Below, piece after piece: positions 1 through 15,000 of a stretch of 64,000 nt of DNA (positions within the stretch are counted from its first letter, which is position 1; each line of letters opens with the position of its first letter). The notes under the pieces were generated by a model. It had not been told where the DNA came from. It worked only from the letters and a program-made list of their open reading frames with translations, and searched no databases. Origin of the DNA: Halocafeteria seosinensis (lineage: Eukaryota); the NCBI GenBank assembly GCA_001687465.1, contig LVLI01000344.1, positions 1 through 64,000 on the forward strand, in the 5' to 3' direction. A program made the position numbers and the translations under genes.

Positions 1-3000
1 ATGTTATAATTGTCGCACCAGACGAATCAATGGAAAGGTTCCCACCAGACCCGGCAGAAGAAGAAGAGCCTGCGTGCACATCAACGTTAGCCCCTACACG
101 GGGGGAAGACCGTCCACTCTGAAACCTTATATTTCCCCCCTTTCCAAATCTGCTTTGCCCACCATGCATATCAACGCCTTTCCCACTAACAATACTCACA
201 CTAGTTCCGTCATTGTGCGNGGTCGAGCCAGTGGCCAATTTTAGGGAACCTGAACGCTTCCATGAATGCCCCGAAGACACAACTATATCGCCCCTCTCCG
301 AATTTATCTCGACATGTCCTGTGGAGCCCTGTCGACTACGACCACTCTCCACTACGATGTCCCCACTGTTGCTCCCAAATCCGCTACGGACATCGATTGA
401 AGAAAGGGGCAGCCCGGAAGAAGTCGACGGAATAAAGGCAACCATGCTAATCTCACCAGAGCCTTCAGCACCCCCGTTTGTTTTGAGATGTACCACACCC
501 CTCTCCCGACCAATGGGTGGGCTAGAAGTGCGCCCACTTCGGACTATGACACATCCTCCCACGACTCCTTCTCCACCCAAGATGGATACTGATCCTCCGA
601 CATCCCCACTTCCAGCGCGCCAACCAATCTTACTTCCTAGAGGACCAACATGAGTGTTGCCTCCCAACATTGAGATATCTCCCCCATCATGGAAACTATC
701 CCCCGTCACAAGACTGACTTGGCCGGATCTACCTGCATCTGACGCGCCTGTCTCAACGAAGATCGAATTGTTGGAGCTTGCGATGTCAACACTTCCATCG
801 CCTTCCGCTACAATATCTACGTCTGCTCCATTCTTTCTTTCTGAGGTTCCACCATGAATGACAATCTCTCTACTCTCCAAAGTGACCTTTCCCGAACCTC
901 CGTAGGCCATGCCGCTACGTAGCGATACATTTCCAGAACTACCTGTAGTCTCATTTCCTAATACCCCAGAAGACGATAACGTTAGTCTACCCGGAGATGT
1001 CACCCCTTCTCCAGGTTTCAAGACAACGTCACCGCCAACTCCCGGCCCAGCATCCCCATTGCCCCCCTTCACGTATACGACCCCTCCTACTCCCGAGACA
1101 GAGGTGCTTATTCCTCCAGTAGCGCGTAGCAAGCCACCACCGTGGTTTTGTGAGTTACCAGGATTGATAATGACGCATCCTCCCTGTGTTCCCTCACCAG
1201 TGCGTAGACGGAGATGTCCAGATACTTCTTGCAATGTGTCTCCCGATGAGAGCAAGACAGCCCCACTATGTCCACAGCCAAAAGCGGTTGAAATCGACAA
1301 ATCTCCAGAGCTGTCTCCCGCACCAGAAGAGACTTCCAACAAACTATTCGATACATTGTTCCCATCTCCACTTGTGATACGTACGTTTCCTCCAGTGTGT
1401 CTTCGTGACCCTCCTTTAACAATCACAGATCCACCTTGAACGACGCCGTTTCCACCCGATACGAAGATACGCCCACCCCTCCCTGAAGATGTCTGGCTCC
1501 CTCCAGCTGTGAACCCCACGGATCCCCCGTTTCCGCAAGACGCTCTGCCTACATGCAATCGCAGCTTTTCCTTCGAGGTACCGTAACCACTAGCCCCCAC
1601 AATTACGTAACTAGTTCCACTTTGTCCTCTTGAGTGACCCGTGGAAATGAACACGCTTCCCGACACGTTCGCCAAAGTCGGTGCGGAGACTAGAGCTGCA
1701 TTGCCGATCGAAAGGAGCCGTGTTGTTCCTCCACGATGAACGCTTGCAGCCCCTCCTTCAATAAACACGCCGCCTCCTTTCGCGCGCCCTGCTCCCCCAG
1801 AGGCTACGACTGATCCTCCGGCACTATTGTAGCTTGCACCTGATATGATTCGCACCATTGTTTCAAGGAGCTTGCTCTCACCGGGAAAAATGGCAATGTC
1901 ACCAGACTTTCCTTCCGACCGGGCAGTGCGCAGCCTAACGTTGGACGTCGATGACCGCAGGACTACTGATCCAGATTGCTGAGATGCCGTGCCTGTGAAT
2001 ATACTTACGTTTCCCGGAATCAAAGCATCCCCGGTTCTGGCATAATAAGAACTACCAAATGTCGAATACACTGAACCGGTCCTGTACATCGATTTACCGG
2101 ACGATACTGACACTGGACCACTATAATGCTTTGAAGAAGTCGATCTAAGTGCTACTACCGGGTTGCATGCTGCGGCTACAAGTGCAATGTTTCCTGTATG
2201 ATTGGAGGAAGAATGTGTGTATATCAGCACTGCGCCAGCAGACCCTGACGACTGACCGGCGAGCAACCGTACATTTCCACCCTTTGACAAGCCACTCCCT
2301 CCCTCTAGAGAGATCAATCCTGCTCGTTCTCCACTGTCTCCCGTACGGAAATCTGTAGCTGCACTAGTCCCTCTACTCACAGATCCTGTAAGAACCGTAA
2401 CGTCACCTGATCCAGCAGCGGCACTTCGAGTAGTGACGAGGACGCTTCCCGAGTTGTCTTCGCGGGCCTTGCCCGTGCGCAGCAGTATATCACCTGATTG
2501 GTTGAAGCTATCACCACTAAAAGCGCAAATGGATCCAGAAGATCTCGTCTTCGCGTTGCCCGTTGAAACTATGAAACTTCCAGAGCGAAAACCTAACCCT
2601 GTACGAAGCGCAAAGGAACCAGAGCACCGACCAAGCCCAGTTGATAGTTGAATGCTTGCGGAGATGCCCGTGTCTGGAGAGCTTCCTACTACGATATTGC
2701 TCCGCTTCGCTCGAAGCTGTACCTGCCCAGTGTTTGCTTCTACAGAATGCCCAGACGTCAGAAGAGTGAGCCCATTTGTGCTACGTGAAACAATACCGTG
2801 GTCTCCTCCTAGGATCAACGGCGAACCAGCGTCGTAGGATCTGCCTCCCTCGACGCTTACATCGGATGCCGCAATATCAATATCACCGTCCTGGATGCCG
2901 GTGCCGGCCCTGATTTCAATACGACCTGATCGCTCAACAGCATCTAGTGATCTCAATGAAACGTTCGCACTAAGAATTTGAATATGACCTGAAAAGGCTT

Positions 3001-6000
3001 CCATCGAATTACCTGAATACAGGACAATCGCTCCGGAATGGCTTCCGCTAGCTGTGGACAACGAAATCAATCCATTCTTTGTATTCATAGTCACATCCCC
3101 GCTAACTCGTGTACCCAGAGTGTCAATACGAACTTCACCAGAGGAAGAACCGGCTGGTCCGGAAAACAATGTAAGCCTCTGAGGTGAAATCGTCAGGAAG
3201 CCACTGGAGCGCTCCCCTTCACCGGTCACGGCCCGTATCCCCATAGCATTTTTACCGGTTGCCACCCAAATGCTCTTGCCAACAAATTGCATTGCTCCTG
3301 AGGTCTTGGTGGAACCAGTAGTAAAGACAATTTGCCCGGATCTTTTACGGCCCTTTCCACCTGCAAGGTTCACCACACTTCCAATAACGGAAACTTCCCC
3401 TCCTTTATATCCTCCGTCACCACCACTAAGTAACATTCTCCCCACGTTTCCCTGCAAGGCGTCCCCTGTTGTTAGCTGCAAAAAGCCCCCCTTACCACTT
3501 CCGTACCCTGCAGCTAACTTAACGTCTCCAGACACTGTAGCATTCCCGCTAGTTACAAGTATGGACCCTGCTCCTAGCGCCAAGTTACCAGACACACTTC
3601 CGCAACCGCTACTGGCTATAACGGCCCCACCCTTGTTAGCTTCGGAAGCGTTTCCTCCCTGGATGGTCACGGGTCGAGGGGCTTGCAACCCTACAGACTG
3701 TGACAGGAGGATGCTGCCGGACTCCCTTGCATTGCCGGTGGAAAGTTCAACGGAGGGACCGGAGCACGGGGAACCTATCGAAACTTGGCCACTCTCTCGA
3801 GAAAAGGCTGAATGTAACAGCAGATCGCCGCTGCGATCGTACCCTTCCGTCGACATGCTTATCTCAGACGGGCCGGAGCTACCTAATGTGATATTACCTG
3901 GTTTTGCGCCCTCCCCGGCATGCAAGACTATGCTTCCTCCGACCTCCCCTGTTGAACCCTTCGCTATAATTTCACGGCTTGTAAAGCTGATGTCAACGCC
4001 GTTACCTTCCTCTACAAACGATCCACCGAGAAGAATGTCTCCTGTGCGTACTCGACCGTCTCCAGTGTTTATCACCAAATCTCCACTCGTACGGCGCTTG
4101 CTTGACCCCGTGGACAACCTTAAGGATCCCGAGTCTGTAACAGCACTCCCCGTCTTGAGGAAAACATCACCTGACACTGCCCCTGTAGCGGTAGCTATGA
4201 TGGCTGGTCCCAGATACGGAAGGACACTGACATCACGGGTCCCTTGGACCAGCGTGCTGGCAGCTCCATCCGTGGAGGTTTTCTGAAGAGAGAATGTTGC
4301 GTGTTTGCGATGCATCCTCTCGAGCAGAGCCTTCAAATGATTTGATATAGTGCTCTGCTTCGTTCGCGCATGCAGAGCTTGATCCAATATAGAAACTCGA
4401 AGCTTTTCTGCATATACTCGACCACTAATGTTAAATGATGATTGGTTGGATGACAAAACACGCCTACCCCCGACGCCTACACCGAACCCACTCTGGAACT
4501 GGATGCGAGACGAGGCGCAAGAACTCCACAGAAAACCACGTTGTGAACGCATCTGAACGCCCCGGTGTGTGAAGGAGATATCAGAATCAGAACCACGCAG
4601 TTGTACAGCCCGTGCGGCAGGGTCACTACTGGAGTCTTCGATGGTAATATCAGTGTTTGAACGCACAGAGATGTTCCCTCCCGCCCCACTGGTGCTGTGT
4701 CCTCCGACAAAACTAGCGCTGGAGCCATTGGGTCCACCTCGAAAGATAAGGTCCCCTGACCTCCGTGTTGAGGATCCCGTTGCTACAACGAGGGCAGCTG
4801 ACTGTACCACAATGGAACCTGAAGACCTGACGGCATTGCCGGTATTAAGCAAGACATCCCCTGAAGTCGATCCACTAGTTCCAGAGTGGATAAACACCGC
4901 TCCAGAGCATTGCTGGGCGAGCCCACTCGCAATGTTAATGGATTCCTCCGTAGCGCCTGAGGAGACATTTACAACTCTTCCTTTCAAAGACACGCTTGTC
5001 TCGCTCGAAAGTGTATCTCCAGTAGCTATATGCACTCCTCCTGAAACAGCCGCCACTGTTCCTGAAGCATGGACGGCAACGTTTCCTGATGTAGATGAGC
5101 TGGGAGTAGATATCTCGATCCGTCCAGCCTTTCGCCCACTTCCACTATGGATTACCTTGCTCCCCAGCAAATGTAGACTTCCGGACATCGAGGATATTTG
5201 CACTGCTCCAGAGTCTTGCTTCGACCAACCACTACTTAGACCCACAGTTCTGCCTGCACGTACAGAGGAGCTACTTGCGGCCGAAATGGTGACGTTTCCA
5301 CCTTGGTAATGGTTGTTTCGACTCTGTCCACTGGCAATTACGGTAGTTTTACTACGGAGACTGATAGACCCACCCCGTACACCCGAGCTTCCTGCTACAG
5401 CGAAAATGGAGCTACGGTCCTGTCCGTCACCCTTCATTGCGATTCCGCAGGATGAGGACATGACAACAGAGCCAGGAGCTTCAGCATTTCCTGTTTGTGC
5501 CTCGAACAAAGAGTGCAGCGCATTTAGTGACAATCGTGTGCTGTTGAAATCAATCGAGCCTGAAGTTGTTGCACTGTCTCCGGTGAGAAATTTCCTCGAG
5601 CCAACTGTAGAGCCAGCGATGACTATAGACCCACCAAGACGACGGCCACCCGTGCTGACATCAACCGAGCCAGATAAGGTCGAGTTTTGCGTACCGATGC
5701 GTACATGGCCGGAAAAGAACCGGGATTGTCCTGTACGGACAAGCACCATCCCACTAAGCTTACCCCCTCCAGACTGCAGTGCAACTCCACCACTCTTGCC
5801 AGCATCGCCACTGATGATTGTAACAGCGTTACTGATCGCTGCTCCACCACTGTTTATTCCAATCGCACCACTTCGCGGAGCTTTGCCTGTCGACATCTGG
5901 ATCTGCCCCGTATGCTTTGCTCTTCCTGAAGCTATTGTCATCATTCCAGCACTAGTAGCCAAAACAGCACCCCCCGTCGTTCCGTCTCCACCTGCTATTT

Positions 6001-9000
6001 GAACAGTACCTGAGCTCCCAGCAACAATGCCGATGTTGCCCGCAGACAAAACGCTGCAACTTGAGGAAAAGCGGATATCTCCGGAGCGGGATCCTGCGTT
6101 ACTCGTCAGAATGAGGACATTTCCTGAGCGTCGGCCGCAATGAGAACTGAGCTCTAAATGGCCCATGTTGTCGTCTCGAGAACATGAAAGAGCAGCTACG
6201 GTTCCACCTCTCGATGAAACGCTTTCTCCAGCTTTCAGGTGTATGTCTCCACCCCGTACCCCGGAGCTGTTTCCCACTTCTACCAACACTTCATCTCGAG
6301 AAAGAATACGTATACTGGGACTGGACAGGGTTGGATACGTGGGGACAGTCACAAAGTCTATGTCACCACTTCCATAGCCAGGCGGAGAGCGAAGCTTCAA
6401 GGAGCGCGTGTTGGAATACACTCTACTTCCGGAATGTACAAGGAAACCACCGGGAATCCCATTCCGTGACTCACCTGCTTGAAAGACGGATTGCACGGCA
6501 TTGACAGCAACCGATGATACTCCAAATGTTCCACCGCCAAAAGCCTGATAGCCAATACTGCCACCTACCACGGAAGCAGAGCCTGTAGACCATCCGGTTG
6601 ACTGGGATTCTATTTCAATCTTCTCTCCATGAAAATTGAGACTACCGGAGTCGTTTGATACCCCACTTTGAACGTTAACGATGTTTCCAGATAGTCGCAC
6701 GTTTCCTGAACCTCTCGTCAACATTGCGATACTACCTCCTTGTTCACCTCCAGTGTGACTCCTGAGGGACAAACTCCCTGAAGATGTGTTGCCCCATCCC
6801 GTAGAGATTTTTACTCCTCCTGAAAAATTAGCTTTGCCGGTAGCTCCACCGACTCCTCCAGAAATAGCAGAGGACCCGGTAAATAGCTCGACACCGCTTG
6901 ATCCAATGTCCTCGCCAAGGCTGCCAAAATCTACATTGCCACTAGCGCCCCCGTCCGATGATCCGGATTTCACCAAAACTCTGCCTCCGACAAGCCCTTT
7001 TCCGGACTTGATACCTATAGACTCGTCGTCATGCGAGGTTTGTCCGTAGAAGAAAACGCCACCACTATTCAAGACACTATTTCCGGTTTTGAAACTGACT
7101 GTCCCCGAGTTCTCCAGGGTTGATCCCGTCGTGACATTGAGGGTGCCAAATCCCGAATTGAGATTAACGTCCCCTCCAACCGAACTCGAGCTACCAGATT
7201 TCAAATCAACAGTCGCTCCTGATATCTGGACAATTCCAGACATATGCTCAGTAGAGAATGCTGTCAAGAGAACTGCACCAGGGATCCCATTCCAGGATTC
7301 TCCAGCACGCACATAAATAGAATCAGATGATAACGTTATTCCCCCAAATGCGTCGAGTGAGTCACCGCTCTCTGACCTTAAACCTACGTCACCACATGAC
7401 GACCGGAGGTCGATCGACGATCCCTGACCAAAGGAGGCTAACGTGACGGGTGATTTCTTCGCATTCACGACAATATTTCCTGACTGCTTAGAACCACCGC
7501 CGGTAGTAATTGAGACAGCTCCGTGTTCAGCCGAAACGAGTGCATTGCCTGAGCTCTGAATAGCCTCCGCCGAGCGTAGCGATATGCTACCTGAGCCAGA
7601 CCCTTCCCCAGAGGAAAATGATCCCCGGTTAGCTATCGTGGATATGTCGCCCCCAAGATACCTCCCATCTCCTGCCTGTAACAACATCTTCTCTCCCTGA
7701 AGGAAACCAAGACTTCCACCACTGCGTGTGCCATTACCTGCCTGTACCGTTACACAGCCTCCTACGAATCCAATGTCTCCACCACTTGTTCCATGTCCTC
7801 CCGCAAGCTGTAAGTTTCCCGACACATACGCTGAGAACAATTTAGACCGCACCAACGCCGACCCACCCATGCTTTGACTACCCGAAGCTGCGACGGCTTC
7901 AATACTTCCGGCTCTAAGCTGAGACAACCCAGTCTTCACAAATGCTCTCTTGCCGAACACACTAACGCCTGAACTACTGTAAGACTGGGAGTTGCCGGAG
8001 CTCAAGGCCACTTTCCCAGTGCCACAGTTAGAAGACGAGGTTCGTATGGAGATTGGTTTTCCCAACGCCCGCAGAGACATTTCGCCGCCCGACATACCTT
8101 GGACAGATCCCCCAGCAGTATAGTAATGATGCTGAGACTTCACATCTATAAAGCCTGATGAATCGTTCTTCGAACTGTGGGTGCTTATTTGGAGGTTTCC
8201 GGAAGCCTTTTTCCCGGGAGATGTGCGCAGCGCAACAGTGGAGGCTTTGTCTCCACTGTGCACGGAAATGGAAGGTGATCCAATACTAACATGTCCACCG
8301 TGTGAGGTCCCTGAGTCCCCAGCTGAGACTCGAATGGCCCCTGCATTGTCTTGTGACATCTCACCCGAAGCAACTTGTATATCACGGGCAGAAACGAGCT
8401 CAACACTTGCACTTCCAATCAAACCAGATCGAGTCACAAGTGAGATATTGCCACTTCCTCGCATGTTTTTCCCAGAAACAAGGGTCAAACCTCCTGCACT
8501 CTTCAAGGAGATATGTCCCAGAGTATCGCCAGTTCCAGTTCTTAGACTGAGAGACGAAGAAGATGTGTATGTAATGTTGCCCGAATGACCAGGCGTCGTG
8601 TTACCAGTATGGAGCATCAGGTCTCCACTCCTTGTGGAGTCTACCGATTGGAGAGTCACAAACTGTGCACTGATGCTCACCGCGGAGGCGGTAGCAGACG
8701 AAGTACCATGTGTGTATATAGAACCTCCTGTGTTTCCCCCTCCCGCAATTACTTGGGCACTTTGAGCTAGTACACTAATGTCTCCGGAATTGTATTGTGT
8801 ATCTCCACTCGTCAAGTGCACGCTATCCCTTGACCAAAGGTTGACATCCCCAGCCTTAGATTCCCGGCTCCTGGACACTCCTGCGTTCACTAAGACGTCC
8901 CCCGTGTTTCCCCCGTGCTCCGCGATACTTCCACTGGCAACATGAATGGATCCCGCAGAGCGGGAACGAGATGTAACAAGGTAAACATCACCACTGTCCC

Positions 9001-12000
9001 CAGCTGCAACTCCAGAACTGACCCGTAAGTTTCCAGAAGATGCGGCTTTGCCTGTAAAAAGCTGGACGTTGGCAACGCCAGTCCTTGGACGGCTCAAAGA
9101 GGCTCCATTGAGGACGATGCTCCTGTCATCAATCTGCAATACACTGTTTCGAATCCGCAATTGCTCCAAAACTTGGATAGTTGGATCAAGCATGGATTTC
9201 TCGTTTCTCCTTGTTTTGGATTTATCGCTGCTCTCTGGTGACAAGCGAGCGTATAGCTTCCCGATACCTGTCATTTCTGCCCCGGACATGTGCTTGTCGC
9301 CAGGGTCTTGTAGAATAGCATTTTGGGAGTCATCAATCACGACAAATGGCTTTCCGCTACCCACGGTAAAATCTGCTTCGTGACCGGCAGAAAGAGCGAG
9401 GCGCAAACCTGAGTCAACTGTGGCATTGGTGTACAGCCTCATCATTGACATATTTACGCCTGATAGAACAACCCCAGAACCTGACTGAGAGAGACCAGTC
9501 TCTACTGGAAGTCGAAAGTTCACCGTTCTCCGGCCCGCCAAATGCAGATCCTTGCTGCTGTAAAGAGATATAGATCCTCCATCCCCATTTGTACTCGATC
9601 CAACGAGAAGATTGATACTTCCAGATGATCCCGTCTCTGTGTTCCCCGTTGAGAGCTCGGCACTGCCAGACCGACCCGACCGAGACTGTCCAGTACTTAG
9701 GAACATCCCTCCACTTTGTCTCTCAACGGAACAACCTGTTCTTATCGTGACTAAACCCGACGATCCATTGTGCGATGCAGAATGTCCGCTAGATAAGTCA
9801 ATACTACCGGTCAAACGACCGGCTGTCATGGACGGTGCTGTCTGGAAAGAAGTGTGTCCGCAATTGCTTCCACTAATCATCTCAATATTACCACCGGCGA
9901 GCTCACTGCTCCCCGCAACTATTTCGATTTGGTTTCCTCCAGCAAGTACAATATCTCCACCAGTGGCATTTCCTGTCGATCCGCCGAGGATGTTTATACT
10001 TCCACTCCTATTAAAATTTGTTTCACCGGTCGCCAGGACAGTCTTCGATCCCTTACCCAATAATGCGATCCGGCCTGCAATACCGGATACTGACGCTCCC
10101 GTAGTAAGCAGTATAGTGTTGCCCGCGTTGCTGGAGCCAAATCTAATCGATCCACCACTTCCTCTGCAGGTTTCACCAGTCTGCATTGATATAGTTGCGG
10201 AACTGTTTCCTCTGGCACTGGAAGCGATCAGTATGTGTCCCTCCGTGCCAAACGAGACTGCCCCAGACTTCGTAGCAGCAGCCGTCGCAATGGTTACAAG
10301 AGAATCCGTGCCAGAAGAGGATATGCGAGTTTCCAATGCTTCCAGCAGCACGGATCCTGATGACGCGAGCGTCAAAGAACTTCCTTTCATCTCAATGTGA
10401 TTGTTCTTACTCCCAGCACTGCTGATAGCTACTGACCCATTAACCGCGTTCGCAAACATGGACACATTCTTAGAGGACATGATGATGCCTCGTGAACTTT
10501 GGATGGCTATTGAACCTGTGGATGAGGATGCTCCTGTGGACAGTCGTATGTTACCGGACTCACGTTTACTTTGGCCGCTGGAGAGGGACAAATTTCCCCC
10601 ACGAGAAATTACTCGAGTATCTCCGTTACTACTAAGCACTGTACTACCACCAAAACTGCCTTCGCCTGCTGATATTTCAACTCGCCCCCCCATACGAGCG
10701 GAGCTCCTACCACCCTGAATCCATATAGCGCCCCCACCTTGAGTAGAATATCCCGAAGAGATATACACGTTTCCTCCTGTTTGACGCCCCATATTATTCA
10801 GCGAGTGGACAGTAATGCTTCCACTATTTCCGGCGGCTGCATTGCTGGTTACCATCTTTACTGTGCCGCTGTAGTTACTTCCTCCAGAAAGCATTTGAAG
10901 GTTGCCCCCTCTTTGCTCACCGTCACCAGCCTTTACAGAAATCTTTCCGCTTGATCCATTTCCATAACTGCCTGCAACCCCAAAGATAGATGGAGCTGTT
11001 AGAGAAATGGTTCCAACATCGCAGCGCGAGCTTCCCGTAGCAAGGGTAATACCTCCTTCGCCTGTTGAGGCCAGCGAGACCGAATAAGCTTGTACAGCCA
11101 GTCCTCCACTACTGGAGTTCTCCCGGTGTGCAGTCCGCAGGTTGATGGACTTAGACAAAAACTCAATCCCTCCGCCTCTCATAGATATCTTCCCCCTATG
11201 GACGGATGAATAGCCTGTTGACAAGTAGACAAAAGAAGGTACACCGGGACCTCCCAGCGTTACGTTGCCTGAGATTGAGGCCCTACCGCTTGATATACGA
11301 ACGTCACCGGACTTGTCCGATGGCCCAGTACGTAAGACCACCGCTCCTCCCGTCTTGTGGGCATTCCCTCCACGTACAGTGATTGCAGATGCTGAAACAG
11401 CGACTTTTCCATCTCCACCTGGAAAAGACATTATCCCAATATTACCCCCCGTATGGCTTCGAAAAGTGACGGAGCCGCTATTGGAGACTCCTGTAGATGT
11501 TTGAAGCTTTAGGGACCCACTTTGTGTGCCCGACCTCGTTGTTGAGAGCACAATGCCCTCAGCACCACGCAAACGCACACTGCCGGATCTAAGAGTCGAG
11601 GCTCCACTTTTTAGTATGATCATCGCATGAGAGTTAACCAGCCCCTTCTGACCACTCGCAACCTTAACATTACCCGACATTTCCGCATTTCCTGTGCGTA
11701 GGTTGATACTCCCGCTCCAATTGCTGGGCCCAGTGGATAGAACTAGGCGTGAACCCTCATCACTCCCTATTCCACCTTGCACAAGCAGGGAAGATGACAT
11801 TGCCGATGAAAAACCAACTCTGTGTCCCAGAAACGCAATGTCCCCACCCCCAGTGTTGCTACTGGGAACAGTCATATTTATCCGTACGGCGGAGAGACTC
11901 GCTCCCTTACTACCAAACTCGATGTCGACCTTTCCTGAAGTACAATGACTGACACCAGTACTAAAATAGAGCCCACCTCCTGCAGCCAACACTGCATTCC

Positions 12001-15000
12001 CCGAAGATGCAATGTCAATCTTTCCGGAGCTACTAATGGATATGTTTTCTGACCCATTCACAGCTTCTTGGGTTCGCAAGTTTATGTCTCCGGCTACACC
12101 GATTGACGACTTTCCGGTAGCCAGACAGATGTTACCCGGAGCAGTGGCGGTATTCCCAGTAGAAAGGGAGATATTTCCGGATCCCAATGAAGAGGTACCC
12201 GTGCCAATAGCAAGAGGGGAAGACGTTTGTCCATGTTGCGTTGAGAATAAAACCCAGCCGCTAGATAATTTTCCCTTGCCACTCTTTAGTCTTACTGCAC
12301 TTTGAGCACTTCTTACAACTATCCTTCCCGAGCCATAGGTGCTTCCATCGGAGACTAGGCGAACATCTCCTGAGGCATCACCGGACTTCCCGCTCCCCAG
12401 GGAAATCGTCCCGTGTACGCTGTGATGCGTACTTGCATTTGCTCTTGTAATCAAGCGTATGCTGCCGGATGATATATCAGCCAGTGCAGTCCCGATAATG
12501 ACTCCATTCCTTCCGCTTACAGAGACTGTGCCGCCAACAATAGAAACGTTGGCAGAATGAGAAGCCTTCCTCTCGGCTGATGTCACGCGCACACCACCAC
12601 CATACGACTCCACATATACGGAGCCACCCTTGACGTCTTTTGATCGTCCCGCGATTGCGTGAAAGCTTTCTTCCACCGTCGCTGCAATATCCCCACCGAA
12701 CGTCCCCAAAAATATGCACCCACCATTGTCAGCTTCCATAGACAAAGTGCTACGATTCCCGACCGCAGACAAAGCAATTCCCTGGGTAGCGCTCGCAAGA
12801 ATACTTCCGCCAGCACGCTGCGCCTTGCCAATTAAAAGTTGTGTAGTTAGCGCCGATATGATTACCCCTGAGCTACTGCTAGACTGGGAGTTACCGGAAC
12901 TCAAGGTCACTTTCCCAGTGCCACAGTTAGAAGACGAGGTTCGTATGGAGATTGGTTTTCCCAACGCCCGCAGAGACACTTCGCCGCCCGACATACCTTG
13001 GACAGATCCCCCAGCGGTATAGTAATGATGCTGAGACTTCACATCTATAAAGCCTGATGAATCGTTCTTCGAACTGTGGGTGCTTATTTGGAGGTTTCCG
13101 GAAGCCTTTTTCCCGGGAGATGTGCGCAGCGCAATAATGGAGGCTTTGTCTCCACTGTGCACGGAAATGGAAGGTGATCCAATACTAACATGTCCACCGT
13201 GTGAGGTACCTGAGTCCCCAGCTGAGACTCGAATGACCCCTGCATTGTCTTGTGACATCTCACCCGAAGCAACTTGTATATCACGGGCAGAAACGAGCTC
13301 GACACTTGCACTTCCAATCAAACCAGATCGAGTCAAAAGTGAGATATTGCCACTTCCTCGCATGCTTTTCCCAGAAACAAGGGTCAAACCTCCTGCACTC
13401 TTCAAGGAGATATGTCCCAGAGTATCGCCCGTTCCAGTTCTTAGACTGAAGGACGAAGAAGATGTGTATGTAATGTTGCCCGAATGACCAGGCGTCGTGT
13501 TACCAGTATGGAGCACCAGGTCTCCACTCCTTGTGGAGTCTACCGATTGGAGAGTCACAAACTGTGCACTGATGCTCACCGCGGAGGCGGTAGCAGACGA
13601 AGTACCATGTGTGTATATAGAACCTCCTGTGTTTCCCCCTCCCGCAATTACTTGGGCACTTTGAGCTAGTACACTAATGTCTCCGGAATTGTATTGCGTA
13701 TCTCCACTCGTCAAGTGCACGCTATCCCTTGACCAAAGGTTGACATGCCCAGCCTTAGATTCCGGGCTCCTGGACACACCTGCGTTCACTAAGACGTCCC
13801 CCGTGTTCCCCCGGTGCTCCGCGATACTTCCACTGGCAACATGAATGGATCCCGCAGAGCGGGAACGAGATGTAACAAGGTAAACATCACCACTGGCCCC
13901 AGCTGCAACTCCAGAACTGACCCGTAAGTTTCCAGAAGATGCGGCTTTGCCTGTAAGAAGCTGGACGTTGGCAACGCCAGTCCTTGGACGGCTCAAAGAG
14001 GCTCCTTTGAGGACGATGCTCTTATCGTCAATCTGCAATACACTGTTTCGAATCCGTAATTGCTCCAAAACTTGGATAGTTGGATCAAGCATGGATTTCT
14101 CGTTTCTCCTTCTTTTGGATTTATCGCTGCTCTCTGGTGACAAGCGAGTGTATAGTTTCCCGATACCTGTCATTTCTGCCCCGGACATGTGCTTGTCGCC
14201 AGGGTCTTGTAGAATAGTGTTTTGGGAGTCATCAATCACGACAAATGGCTTTCCGCTACCCACAGTAAAATCTGCTTCGTGACCGGCAGAAAGAGCGAGG
14301 CGCAAACCTGAGTCAACTGTGGCATTGGTGTACAGCCTCATCATTGACATATTTACCCCTGATAGAACAACTCCAGAACCCGACTGTGAGAGACCGGTCT
14401 CTACTGGAAGTCGAAAGTTCACCGTTCTCCGGCCCGCCAAATGCAGATCCTTGCTGCTGTTAAGAGATATAGATCCTCCATCCCCATTTAGACTCGATCC
14501 AACCAGAAGATTGATACTTCCAGAAGATCCCGTCTCTGTGTTCCCCGTTGAGAGCTCAGCACTACCAGACCGACCCGACCGAGACTGTCCAGTACTTAGG
14601 AACATCCCTCCACTTTGTCTCTTAACGGAACAACCTGTTCTTATCGTGACTAAACCCGACGATCCATTGTGCGATGCAGAATGTCCGCTAGATAAGTCAA
14701 TACTACCGGTCAAACGACCGGCTGTCATGGACGGTGCTGTCTGGAAAGAAGTGTGTCCACAATTACTTCCACTAATCATCTCAATATTACCACCGGCGAG
14801 CTCACTGCTCCCCGCAACTATTTCGATTCGGTTTCCTCCAGCAAGTACAATATCTCCACCAGTGGCATTTCCTGTCGATCCGCCGAGGATGTTTATACTT
14901 CCACTCCTATTAAAATTTGTTTCACCGGTCGCCAGGACAGTTTTCGACCCCTTACCCAATAATGATATCTTTCCGGCAGTTGTTTCAGCAGCACCCGTAG

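Noticed and set aside
220..220. Ambiguous base N inside the giant ORF
   Set aside because: The reading frame and repeat pattern continue on both sides. It may hide a small gap but does not break the gene.
7968..14964. Direct repeats read as LTRs or as a composite transposon
   Set aside because: Both copies and the spacer are in-frame coding repeats of the giant gene. No TG..CA ends, gag/pol or transposase motifs were seen.
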